Part shown: in pieces, positions 1-8,599 of the stretch | How the letters are laid out: each line of letters opens with the position of its first letter | Numbering within the stretch: position 1 is the first letter of the stretch | Virus record (IMG/VR): IMGVR_UViG_3300042874_000014 | Direction: 5' to 3' (one strand) | DNA from: an uncultured virus (IMG/VR IMGVR_UViG_3300042874_000014) | Lineage: Duplodnaviria; Heunggongvirae; Uroviricota; Caudoviricetes; Crassvirales | DNA length: 23,253 bases | Program-made: the position numbers and the translations under genes | The notes under the pieces: model-generated | Seen by the model: the letters and a program-made list of their open reading frames with translations, nothing else | What the model was told of the DNA's origin: nothing | Databases searched by the model: none

Positions 1-246
1 GAATTTCATATAACCTGCGGTATGTTCAATCTCACCACCCATACCTGTGGAGAATATAACACTAAGCTCTGGGGTATCTATCTTACCTATGAATGTAAAC
101 TCTAGTTTATCATGTTTAGAAAATCCAAGTTCGTTAGATATAGACTTATTGTCATTATTAACTACTATATTTCTAGCATGATTCCAAGAGCCGTGCTCAT
201 TCTTGTTAATCCGTTTATCTTTCGATAATCTTTTATTAATATCCAT
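1..246 (-). CDS. Muzzle / tail stabilisation protein (crAss Tstab, P22 gp10-like), N-terminal 82 aa, runs off the window
   Basis: Not in the ORF track. Manual translation from the ATG at 246 gives MDINKRLSKDKRINKNEHGSWNHARNIVVNNDNKSISNELGF..., open to base 1. The L.kD...gs...A.NI......I.NE.G pattern and the position right after the tubular ring gene fit crAss-like muzzle proteins. Confidence 0.75.
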   Translation of the reverse strand, partial: MDINKRLSKDKRINKNEHGSWNHARNIVVNNDNKSISNELGFSKHDKLEFTFIGKIDTPELSVIFSTGMGGEIEHTAGYMKF

Positions 247-248
247 GT

Positions 249-935
249 TTATCTATTATGAAATGATATATCCGTTGCATCAGGATTTAATACTAAGCTA
301 GTCCATAACTTTCTGTGTATTTCACGAGCGTCCCTGTCTAAACCCTTAGCACTATTCTTAGCTTTTAAAAACCATTTCTGCCATAGCTTATTTGGGTTAT
401 TATCGTTCAAATGTGATGCTAATGAGTAAATAGGGTGCTTGTAACCTCTAGCTATTATTCTAAACAATAGGTAATATTCTATTGCTAGTAATACCTTTTC
501 TCTGTTAGGTACTAATGGTATCTCCATGTTTAATTCCTCACAAAATTTACTAGCTAGTTTAAAATAATGAACTCTCATAGTAGCATCTTTATACCCACTA
601 ACAAATGTACCATCGTTGTTTAACTGATATGTACCTTTATTTGGAAATTCATCAGCTTGCTCTACGTCATGTTTGTTAGCACTATTTACTCTAATTTGTC
701 TAATCTTCATGTACTCTATTGCCTTAAGACCTTGTATAAAACATGGTAGCTGACCTATGTGATTTTTAACTTCTACGTCTTCGTGGCAAGGTATAAAACC
801 ATCATATATATTCATATGATTTAAAGCTTCACCTATCCATTCGTATGCTCTAGGTTCCCAATCACTTGATAGAATGTCATAGTGGTCATATACTCTACGT
901 ATTACCTCTCTACTTGATATTTGTTCATAAATCAT
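249..935 (-). CDS. Tail tubular / ring protein (crAss Ttub, P22 gp4-like; R1-type)
   Basis: 228 aa. N-terminal ISSREVIRRVY..WIGEAL, central GQLPC and YQLNN..FVSGY..MRVHY, then IPLVP...AIEYYLL. Lies between the IHF-like and muzzle genes, as in crAss-like phages. Confidence 0.75.
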   Translation of the reverse strand: MIYEQISSREVIRRVYDHYDILSSDWEPRAYEWIGEALNHMNIYDGFIPCHEDVEVKNHIGQLPCFIQGLKAIEYMKIRQIRVNSANKHDVEQADEFPNKGTYQLNNDGTFVSGYKDATMRVHYFKLASKFCEELNMEIPLVPNREKVLLAIEYYLLFRIIARGYKHPIYSLASHLNDNNPNKLWQKWFLKAKNSAKGLDRDAREIHRKLWTSLVLNPDATDISFHNR

Positions 936-1815
936 AATGCGGATTGTATTTATTAATATGGTCTGGATTCATGTTAGTTAATAATAATGCTCTTTGTACA
1001 TTACCCATACTTAAATTAGTTAAATCGTCAATCGTATAGTTCTTAGTTATATCCTCTATACTGGTTATGTATTTACCCTCTTCTGTGGGATAATAGCTAC
1101 TCGGGTAGAATCTATAATATTGAGAGTTCTTGGCATATCTATGGTTACTCCATTTCCAAAATATCTCTTTAGTTGTTTCATACACACTTAACCATTTCTC
1201 ACCATCGGGTGCTGTCTTTTTATTATATGGTGTACCGCCTTTATCTATAATCGCTTGCTTTCTCTTCATCGAATTAGGGAAGTCATAACAACGTTTCATA
1301 TCAGTAGTATCAAGTACCATTATCTTTATATCGCCTAAGTTAAATGGTATCTTGAATTTCTTATAGCCTTGTATTAATATTTCAGATATGTTAGTATTAT
1401 ACATATTGATTATATTATTAAATGTTCTATAATCAACTATGTCCATACTTTGATTCTCTAATTTATACTCTAGTTCTTTAAACTTTTTATACTTCTTAGT
1501 GTATGTTATAGCGAATGATAATAGTAACGCTTCTTCATCAACTGTAATAGTAACACCGTATCGTTGTGCTTCATCTTTTATTTTAGTTAGCATGGCTTCA
1601 TATGTTGAACCAATACTTGCGTTCTGCATATACTCATACACAAAACCTAATCGTTCTTTTAGTGCATAATTATCTTTAGCCGCTGTAATAAATAACATAT
1701 TAGATACACTTTCTAATGTATTTTCTAAAGCATCGTATGAATATATCATAGCTTTATACTCTTTCTCACTTTGTTCTACATAGTACTTATAGAACTTTCT
1801 AGCATGTGCTCTCAT
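925..1815 (-). CDS. crAss IHF/HU-like protein (IHF_53 type) with N-terminal helical extension
   Basis: 296 aa. C-terminal half FNNIINMYNTNISEILIQGYKKFKIPFNLGDIKI...GTPYNK...GEKWL...FWKW...YYRFYPS resembles divergent IHF-family proteins found at this locus. ATGA overlap with the upstream gene. Confidence 0.65.
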   Translation of the reverse strand: MRAHARKFYKYYVEQSEKEYKAMIYSYDALENTLESVSNMLFITAAKDNYALKERLGFVYEYMQNASIGSTYEAMLTKIKDEAQRYGVTITVDEEALLLSFAITYTKKYKKFKELEYKLENQSMDIVDYRTFNNIINMYNTNISEILIQGYKKFKIPFNLGDIKIMVLDTTDMKRCYDFPNSMKRKQAIIDKGGTPYNKKTAPDGEKWLSVYETTKEIFWKWSNHRYAKNSQYYRFYPSSYYPTEEGKYITSIEDITKNYTIDDLTNLSMGNVQRALLLTNMNPDHINKYNPHYDL

Positions 1816-2453
1816 TCTTTCTCATCGTTTAATTCAACATTAGCTGATATTGGTTTCTCTTTAAGTAGAGCTAATTCTTTAATAACTAAATCTCTAACTA
1901 AGATTAACATACTTGCATCTATTGGTAATTCATAATCTTCGTTATAGCAATTGTCATCATCACAACCAAACCTTATCTCACGAGGGTCGGCGTATATTGC
2001 ATCAACTCGTATTCTCATTTTCTTTATATTGTAAAAGTACAGATAGCCATCTCGCCATTCATACATTGGTACATTAGCTGTAAATCTAGCAAATCTTTGA
2101 TGTTTTTGAGAAGCTATAAACGTAGATATAAAAATAACTGTTCCGTCTACGTTTGATACATTTACAAAAGGTGCATCGCTTCTATAATATAAAGGTTTTA
2201 CTATCTTATTCTCAGTTCTAAATATCTTACAGTTTCCTGTAACTTTACAATCATCGCCTACATCAACACGTATTATTTCAGGTTTAAAAGATAGAAGATT
2301 ATGTCTACTAACACCTTCTTTATCTATCCTTTCTTTTATCACTTTAGCTATTACAGCTATTGTTAAATCTTTAATACGTTCTTTTAATACACCATCTAGT
2401 GCTCTATTAAAACTGTGGGCAATATCTGAACTAAACTGGTTAAGATTAGGCAT
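1812..2453 (-). CDS. Tail ring protein (R2-type)
   Basis: 213 aa. MPNLNQFSSDI start, Cys pairs (DDCKVTGNCK, GCDDDNCY), RT..KI.KP, DGYLYFYN and YADP...YELPID; synteny upstream of the IHF and Ttub genes. Confidence 0.7.
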   Translation of the reverse strand: MPNLNQFSSDIAHSFNRALDGVLKERIKDLTIAVIAKVIKERIDKEGVSRHNLLSFKPEIIRVDVGDDCKVTGNCKIFRTENKIVKPLYYRSDAPFVNVSNVDGTVIFISTFIASQKHQRFARFTANVPMYEWRDGYLYFYNIKKMRIRVDAIYADPREIRFGCDDDNCYNEDYELPIDASMLILVRDLVIKELALLKEKPISANVELNDEKE

Positions 2454-3936
2454 TGTTGACTAATGTTAAACTATCCATAGCACCATCAAATAAAGGTGCA
2501 AGTAGAATAAATCTCACAGTTCTATCGACAGTATCTGATGGAATAGTTATAGACCCAGTACCGTGAATATATGCTTCTTCTTCTGCATTAAATGGTGCTG
2601 AATATATTTTAGTTACCAGTGTAGTACCACTTGTTGTTTTTACTATAAGATGCATATGACCAGTAAGAGCACCTTGACCGTCATACAATATACCTGACAA
2701 GTCTACACTTAATGTAAATGTCTGACCAGCTGGAATCAACAACGTATGGTTACTATTATTGAATATATCAGATACGTCATAAGTATCTCCGACGTTATCG
2801 TATAATACTACACTATATTCGACAGCTTCTGTTAATGATACACCTCCGTTAGTTCTTATTTTAAAACTATTTTCAATAGTAGGATTAGGATTACTACCAC
2901 CACAAGCAGCCATGCAATATTTCAATGTCCATGCTCCACTTTCTTTACTATACCATTCACCAGTATTAGTATTAAGATAAGAGTCTCCATTAGCACCAGT
3001 TGAATTACTTGGTGTAACTATACCATATCTCATTGTAAAGCCACTACCTGACGTACTAGCAGGGATAGTAGTTATTAAATTAGTTATATTAACCGCACCG
3101 TTATATAGACTAATAGAACCATCGGGATTATTAAACGCAGTTACTAATATATTCTCTTGAATATCATGTGTCCATAGAACTCCCCCCGTAGGTGAGAAAT
3201 ATGTGAGCGTTGTTACTGTGCCTATTCTACTAGCTGTAATATAATTCTGTTTAGGGATAGATACTAGAGTAGTCGTTGAACCATTATAAGTTACCTCAAT
3301 GTCATAAGTTGCGGCTGTTTCTGTAACACTTGTTTGGTCAGATAGTCTAATAGTAGTGGGTATCCAATCAGCACCGTCGTGTGTAAATACTTGATTTTTA
3401 ATATCGGCTACGATTGCTACATCACCTGCTACACCGGCAAGTGTTAGTAAATCGTTTGTAGTATTTACAATATACCATCGCGGAGTACTTGACGTAGAAC
3501 CTAGATTGATACTTAATGTACTACCGTTTCTATAAGTAATTATTAAATTCGGTGCTGTATATGTAATATCAATAACATTACTCATTAATACATCTTCCAC
3601 TATACTGATAGGATATATTAGTGTAAAACCATCTGCGTCTACTGTAAGTCTTTGTAATAACTGTGCCTCTGTACCTACTTTAACTAAACCTTGTGTAGTA
3701 GTACTAGCAGTATCACCTACGTTTAGTTTAAAAGTCTGTGATTCAAATAGTTTTTTAAAGACATCTTCATTAGGGAAATGACCAGCTAGAAATCTATTCT
3801 TGACTACTTGATTAACCCCATCGGGTAATGTTATAGTGTACTCTATCGGAAACCCTGTCTCCATGTCAGCATTAGCACCTATCGGTACTTGAATAGCTCT
3901 TAAGAAAAACTCTTTTTTCTCTTTTATTGTACTCAT
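2446..3936 (-). CDS. Tail fibre / receptor-binding protein
   Basis: 496 aa, Thr/Gly/Ser-rich. Fibre repeat ASTTTQGLVKVG, trimeric knob-like motifs (GVAGDVAIV...FTHDGADW; PSNSTGANGDSYLNTNTGEWYSKESGAW) and a beta-rich C-terminal tip. Confidence 0.65.
   Translation of the reverse strand: MSTIKEKKEFFLRAIQVPIGANADMETGFPIEYTITLPDGVNQVVKNRFLAGHFPNEDVFKKLFESQTFKLNVGDTASTTTQGLVKVGTEAQLLQRLTVDADGFTLIYPISIVEDVLMSNVIDITYTAPNLIITYRNGSTLSINLGSTSSTPRWYIVNTTNDLLTLAGVAGDVAIVADIKNQVFTHDGADWIPTTIRLSDQTSVTETAATYDIEVTYNGSTTTLVSIPKQNYITASRIGTVTTLTYFSPTGGVLWTHDIQENILVTAFNNPDGSISLYNGAVNITNLITTIPASTSGSGFTMRYGIVTPSNSTGANGDSYLNTNTGEWYSKESGAWTLKYCMAACGGSNPNPTIENSFKIRTNGGVSLTEAVEYSVVLYDNVGDTYDVSDIFNNSNHTLLIPAGQTFTLSVDLSGILYDGQGALTGHMHLIVKTTSGTTLVTKIYSAPFNAEEEAYIHGTGSITIPSDTVDRTVRFILLAPLFDGAMDSLTLVNNA
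3180..3200 (-). repeat. 21-bp exact dispersed repeat, copy 1 (ATTTCTCACCTACGGGGGGAG)
   Basis: Plus-strand ctccccccgtaggtgagaaat is identical to 19760-19780. Confidence 0.9.
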
Positions 3937-3988
3937 TTTTAAAACATTTATTATATTAGTATTAGTACTATCGTCTTAAAAATATAGC

Positions 3989-4038
3989 AAAAAATAGCCC
4001 ATCGGAAAAATGTATTTTACTTTTCACCGATAGGCTAT
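3989..4038 (-). terminator. Rho-independent terminator
   Basis: Minus strand reads ATAGCCTATCGG-(21 nt, partly self-pairing)-CCGATGGGCTAT followed by a T run. 12-bp stem with one G-U pair, downstream of the 68-aa membrane gene. Confidence 0.75.
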
Positions 4039-4062
4039 AATAATAATTATAATACTTGTTAT

Positions 4063-4269
4063 CTATACATCAGTACGACCGACTATATCTTTAAGTATTG
4101 AAAATAATGTATTAGCTAGTTTAGTATAAGATACCATAAGTCCTATACCTATTGTATAGCCTACTATTATATATAATATACTATCTTCTGTGTACCACTT
4201 GTACGTACTCATAATGGTAATTAATATACCAATTATAGTCGTAACCCAGTTTTTAAATTCTTTATTCAT
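4063..4269 (-). CDS. Small two-TM membrane protein, putative holin
   Basis: 68 aa. Hydrophobic segments WVTTIIGILITIMSTY and ILYIIVGYTIGIGLMVSY, basic N-terminus, amphipathic C-terminus. Confidence 0.55.
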   Translation of the reverse strand: MNKEFKNWVTTIIGILITIMSTYKWYTEDSILYIIVGYTIGIGLMVSYTKLANTLFSILKDIVGRTDV

Positions 4270-4906
4270 ACTTTAAATTTTTACTTATATTACTATTAAA
4301 TTCACTTGTAAACTCTTCGAATAATGTACTTATCTTAGTATTGAATACCGTGTAACTCATATTATTAGTAAAAGCTATCACTATAAGTTCCTGTATCTTA
4401 TTAGACCATTCCTTATTCATACAGTTACCTACACTATGAGTAAGAGAATTTAGCTTATCGTATTTTATCTTATTCATTAAATCTAAATCAGAATTATATA
4501 GATTTCTTATTCTAGTCTTAGATACTATTATCTTATCATCAAGTTGCATACTACTATCCTTTTGATAGTCTGCGTACATTCGTGTTATCTTGAATCGGCT
4601 AAGTTGAAATATACGTTCAGCTATATTTAATATTAAATCTTCTGTTAAATAATTAGCATTACCACTAATTAATACTTCTGTTTGAATAACTGACCTTTGT
4701 ATCATAAGAGTTATATTAATCATAGATTCACCTAAGTCTATAATACTCTTAGTTAAGGTATCTGAATCCTTCTTCTTATCTCTAGTTTCTTTATATTTTA
4801 TCAGCCTATATACAATTAATAATATCATAACCCCTAGCAGAAACACAAGTGCTCCGCTAGGTGTTAGTTTTATAATTGCTTCTTTTGTTATATCTAAATT
4901 GTCCAT
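4262..4906 (-). CDS. Single-pass membrane protein (possible holin/antiholin)
   Basis: 214 aa. One TM segment GALVFLLGVMILLIVY followed by a basic patch (RLIKYKETRDKKK) and a helical soluble domain. Overlaps the next gene by 8 nt. Confidence 0.5.
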   Translation of the reverse strand: MDNLDITKEAIIKLTPSGALVFLLGVMILLIVYRLIKYKETRDKKKDSDTLTKSIIDLGESMINITLMIQRSVIQTEVLISGNANYLTEDLILNIAERIFQLSRFKITRMYADYQKDSSMQLDDKIIVSKTRIRNLYNSDLDLMNKIKYDKLNSLTHSVGNCMNKEWSNKIQELIVIAFTNNMSYTVFNTKISTLFEEFTSEFNSNISKNLKYE

Positions 4907-4924
4907 GATACTTACCTATAAGGC

Positions 4925-5437
4925 TTATACGTACTGAAATATATTAGCTGAATTTAGTAAAGATACTAAATGTGTTCTGTATTCAATTGGTATGTAAATA
5001 TCTATTGTATAATTACTCATTAATTGACTGGCTAAAGCTAAATCACCTAAACTCAAAGCCATAAACAAGGCAATGTTTGAGTTAATTACGTTAGTCTTTG
5101 TAATTGTATCGGCTGACAAATATCGTTCAACTATGTTGTTAGATATATGCTTTCCGATTGAAGTATTGTACATCAATTTAGAACCAACCGAATGTAAATC
5201 GAATTTATCCAAATAATACATATCATTATGTAATTCAGCAACTGCAAATAATGGTGTTTCTAATGGCATATCAGTACTATGAAAAGCAAGTAAATCGCCA
5301 TTTAGAATAGCAGCTGTTGCCTCTTCTATTTTACTATCGTCCGATAAAAAGTTAATATTAAAAAATACATACTGTGATGTACCTGCCGCTATACCAGCTA
5401 TTTCATTAGCTGATGTATTATATAATCGACCTATCAT
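4925..5437 (-). CDS. Hypothetical protein, possible fibre assembly/chaperone protein (170 aa)
   Basis: The track starts this ORF at 5467. The ATG at 5437 (MIGRLYN) forms an ATGA overlap with the upstream stop and is preceded by GAGGGAGGG, so it is the more likely start. Function inferred from position only. Confidence 0.45.
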   Translation of the reverse strand: MIGRLYNTSANEIAGIAAGTSQYVFFNINFLSDDSKIEEATAAILNGDLLAFHSTDMPLETPLFAVAELHNDMYYLDKFDLHSVGSKLMYNTSIGKHISNNIVERYLSADTITKTNVINSNIALFMALSLGDLALASQLMSNYTIDIYIPIEYRTHLVSLLNSANIFQYV

Positions 5438-6126
5438 AATGCCCTCCCTCTTATTACACATTGACACATTCTTCTTACTTTATTAATATTACCTGACAAA
5501 GCGATAGATAATCCTATATTCTTACCTAATGTTATCGACCCTGGCATCGGTTGTTCTGCTATGATATACCTATGTATATAATTCTGCTGACTTAAACTAT
5601 TATGCGACCATGCTGAACCAGTATATACGCCATATCCTGTTACGGAACCTAGTAATGTTTGTCCCGTAGTAGTTTGTTCAACAAACACTAGCTGAACTGA
5701 TAAATTATAACCTGAATTTATTGTTGAACCAGTTTCGTTATATAATTGACCTATCTCTATTACACCTGACACTAAATCCATTTGAGCAGGGGCTATCAGA
5801 TTACGATAATTACCTACTTGTTGAGTACCGCCGTTAATCCATGTAGTGTAACCATAAGCTTCTAATATATTTTGAGGGTTCTGCCAATTTGATAAACTTT
5901 GGTTACTGCTAGTTCCCCAATTCTTACCTAGACCCTGTATAATTTGCCATCTTTTATCTACATCTTCAATGATACCATTGTTCATTTGTCTAAATCTAGT
6001 TCTAGTACTATTCCACCATGTGTATTGACCTAGCTGACCAGGAGCTAAAGAACTCTCATCAGTATCTGTCAATGTTAGCATCTTCCCAGTTTCGAGAAGA
6101 TGTAAACCGTTAGATAAATATTGCAT
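5434..6126 (-). CDS. Putative small fibre/spike protein
   Basis: 230 aa, Gly/Asn/Gln/Trp-rich. APGQLGQYTWWNSTRTRF resembles fibre trimer knob motifs; beta-sandwich-like C-terminus; 17-nt overlap with the upstream fibre gene. Confidence 0.45.
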   Translation of the reverse strand: MQYLSNGLHLLETGKMLTLTDTDESSLAPGQLGQYTWWNSTRTRFRQMNNGIIEDVDKRWQIIQGLGKNWGTSSNQSLSNWQNPQNILEAYGYTTWINGGTQQVGNYRNLIAPAQMDLVSGVIEIGQLYNETGSTINSGYNLSVQLVFVEQTTTGQTLLGSVTGYGVYTGSAWSHNSLSQQNYIHRYIIAEQPMPGSITLGKNIGLSIALSGNINKVRRMCQCVIRGRAL

Positions 6127-7993
6127 TGCTTTCTGTTAATTTGTAAGTATTTCTTATTCTTCCGTTAGCGTTACTTGGGTCTAGTACATCAGTGTAATTA
6201 CCTAATGCAGATAGCCCTTCGTCTGTACAAGCTACTGCTATATTACCCAATACGTATAGTTTAATAGGGTCTGACCCAGACGTGTAATGGAATATCTTAC
6301 CGTCACCGTAATAACCGTAATAATGAAATATCATAGACTTCACTACAATTATAGCATTAGCACCATCAGATACAAACGGATAGTATTCGCCTGATACATT
6401 CTTTGTTATGAATACACCGTCTAGTGTTATACTACCGTCGCTAAATAATATGGATTGCATATTACCGAACTCTATCATAAATTTACCGTTTAAGTGTAAA
6501 TTACAATTAGTCATAGGTAAGTTATTTTCATCTAAATCAACAGTACCTACTAGGGCATACTTACCGTTTAATCTAACAGTCGATGCTGCAATATTTAATA
6601 TAATAAACGTAGTATCGTAGTTAGGCATCATGTCTAAATCAATACTTGTATCACATGTATCTAATTCTAAACTTACTCGTGATGCAGTATCAATAGTACC
6701 TAATTTTATTTTAGCTATAGGGTGTGATACATTAAACATTTGTATTCTTCTAGTTCGAGTAGTATTTATAATATTTTTAACATCTATGTTAAATATACTC
6801 ATGTCACTATGTGTATTTTTAAGTACTAATGTAACACCTTGCATAAAACCATAAGGTACTAATTCAGTTACTCTAAAATCTATATTCACTAAGTCGAACG
6901 TAATAGGGAAAACTGACGATAGGATTACTTTTTCGGCATACATACGAACTACCGAAAAATGTAATACTGAATTTGATATAGTACACTTATCCGTAAAAGT
7001 GATTGTATTAACGTCTAAAGTCAAATTTTTACTATAATAATTATTAGATATTAGAAACTTTTTAAAAGTTATTTTAATATCACCTGTTATACTAAGACTT
7101 AGTAAATTAAGACCTGCCGAACTTATGTCTAATGTTACATTTAATAATACTACTGGCAGTTCACTATGTATGCTAAGTGCCATATTCTCATATACCCAAT
7201 TTAAAGTATCTAAGTCATATGTACCTCTTTCTATAAATTCTATTCTAAAGTCAGTAGCGGCTATATCGTTAAGATAATCCTCTATTACAGCATGAGCTTG
7301 TGCGATAGACCACGCAGGTCTACTTCTATCACCTAATTTAAAATCAGGATTAATAGATGTTACACCTTGCATTACATATATTATACGCTTAGGTGTTATA
7401 CCGCAGTTTGCTATATATGACCATTCATCTTTGGCGGCATCGTAAAATATATAATCATCTGTAGTTACTATCCTACCTGCTAAATCACCAGTAGTATATT
7501 GGAATCTTTGATTTGCACTTAGTGCTATCTTTTTAATTATATATACTATCGATATAGGAGTATTACCAAAACCTAAAGGTGCTGAATAATCAGATATGGT
7601 AGGATATTGAGTACCAGTCTCAGGTGTCCATTCCCCACCATAATGTACACTATTCATATTAACAAAGCTAGGTACTCCGTTATCATCAACTAACAATAAT
7701 TGACTTGGTTGTATGACGGGTGCTATATCTAATAACTCAGTAAAGTTTTCGATACCTCCACCGCCACCACCTAGTTCTTCCCAATCATTAATATCATATA
7801 CTACTTTATTCAAATCTGTATTTATCAACTTATACGTCAAGCCTGTTTCTTCAACACTTACTATCATAAGTTTTTCACGTTGTACACGTGGTATTCTAAA
7901 CATGTCTGTAAGATATTTCTCAGTACGAACCGCACCTTTAATATACTTAGACTTGTTATCGGGTTTTACAGTACCCAGTTTTACATTTCTCAT
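6110..7993 (-). CDS. Fibre/tail spike protein with predicted beta-helix
   Basis: Likely start MRNVKLG at 7993 (627 aa), which avoids an 80-nt overlap with the upstream gene. N-terminal IP..QR...MIVSVEE...TYKL...W module typical of crAss fibres, a Gly6 linker, a YGGEWTP...DDYIFYD...W motif, then GDRSRPAWSIAQA leading into a long I/L/N-rich beta-solenoid-like region. Confidence 0.65.
   Translation of the reverse strand: MRNVKLGTVKPDNKSKYIKGAVRTEKYLTDMFRIPRVQREKLMIVSVEETGLTYKLINTDLNKVVYDINDWEELGGGGGGIENFTELLDIAPVIQPSQLLLVDDNGVPSFVNMNSVHYGGEWTPETGTQYPTISDYSAPLGFGNTPISIVYIIKKIALSANQRFQYTTGDLAGRIVTTDDYIFYDAAKDEWSYIANCGITPKRIIYVMQGVTSINPDFKLGDRSRPAWSIAQAHAVIEDYLNDIAATDFRIEFIERGTYDLDTLNWVYENMALSIHSELPVVLLNVTLDISSAGLNLLSLSITGDIKITFKKFLISNNYYSKNLTLDVNTITFTDKCTISNSVLHFSVVRMYAEKVILSSVFPITFDLVNIDFRVTELVPYGFMQGVTLVLKNTHSDMSIFNIDVKNIINTTRTRRIQMFNVSHPIAKIKLGTIDTASRVSLELDTCDTSIDLDMMPNYDTTFIILNIAASTVRLNGKYALVGTVDLDENNLPMTNCNLHLNGKFMIEFGNMQSILFSDGSITLDGVFITKNVSGEYYPFVSDGANAIIVVKSMIFHYYGYYGDGKIFHYTSGSDPIKLYVLGNIAVACTDEGLSALGNYTDVLDPSNANGRIRNTYKLTESNAIFI
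7754..7771 (-). repeat. Poly-glycine (G6) hinge coding tract
   Basis: GGT GGT GGC GGT GGA GGT directly after the N-terminal module of the fibre. Confidence 0.85.
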
Positions 7994-8003
7994 CTTATTA
8001 TTA

Positions 8004-8594
8004 TTAAGAACAACATACGTTATCGCATTCACTACGAACTCTGTACTCGGAATTAAAATTAAATGGTGGTATATAACATTCAATATAATTCAATGTACAG
8101 TATCTACCTTTAGCTGCTATATCAGCTATATTTATTTGACTAGCTGGTTCTGATGCTATATCTAATAATGTTCTAACATTATAAATATAATCCCATAACG
8201 CTGCTACTTGCACCATAAACGATGTTTGAACACCGTGTGTTATAGAACCTATACCTAATGTAATAGTTGATACATTATTAGTATATATCTCTTCAAATGT
8301 GTATAAATCTATATCGTTACATTTCAAATAATCTACAACTTCCTCTAATTGATTAGCTTGTATAAATTCTGCTAGTGTAACGTAGTCGTATATATTGTCT
8401 ATACTATATATGTACATTATGTAGAATGCAATATAGTAATTGTTTACAGCTAAATGTTTATCAGTAAATCCCTTATACAACTCGTCAGAATCAATCTTAT
8501 TGTATAATAATAAGATTGATTCTTCTGATAATTTAAACGTTCTTAAATAATCAGATATAGCCGAGTTTATATTATATGCTCCGTTAAGTAACAT
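8004..8594 (-). CDS. Putative tail hub protein B-like structural protein
   Basis: 196 aa, helical, with YLKCNDI and a Cys-rich end (ECDNVCCS). Follows the larger Cys-rich gene; the call rests on synteny. Confidence 0.4.
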   Translation of the reverse strand: MLLNGAYNINSAISDYLRTFKLSEESILLLYNKIDSDELYKGFTDKHLAVNNYYIAFYIMYIYSIDNIYDYVTLAEFIQANQLEEVVDYLKCNDIDLYTFEEIYTNNVSTITLGIGSITHGVQTSFMVQVAALWDYIYNVRTLLDIASEPASQINIADIAAKGRYCTLNYIECYIPPFNFNSEYRVRSECDNVCCS

Positions 8595-8599
8595 AACTA

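Noticed and set aside
5438..5467. Longer start (MSMCNKREG) for the 180-aa ORF
   Set aside because: The ATGA-coupled start at 5437 is more parsimonious.
2446..7993. Diversity-generating retroelement target in the fibre genes
   Set aside because: No reverse transcriptase and no ~100-bp adenine-mismatched TR/VR pair seen in the window. One elsewhere in the genome cannot be excluded.
8004..8083. 80-nt overlap suggesting a programmed frameshift between hub B and the fibre gene
   Set aside because: An in-frame ATG at 7993, just after the upstream stop, removes the overlap, and I saw no convincing slippery heptamer.
7713..8153. 146-aa plus-strand ORF with a poly-Pro tract
   Set aside because: Antisense shadow of the fibre and hub genes; PPPPPP is simply the reverse complement of the Gly6 linker.
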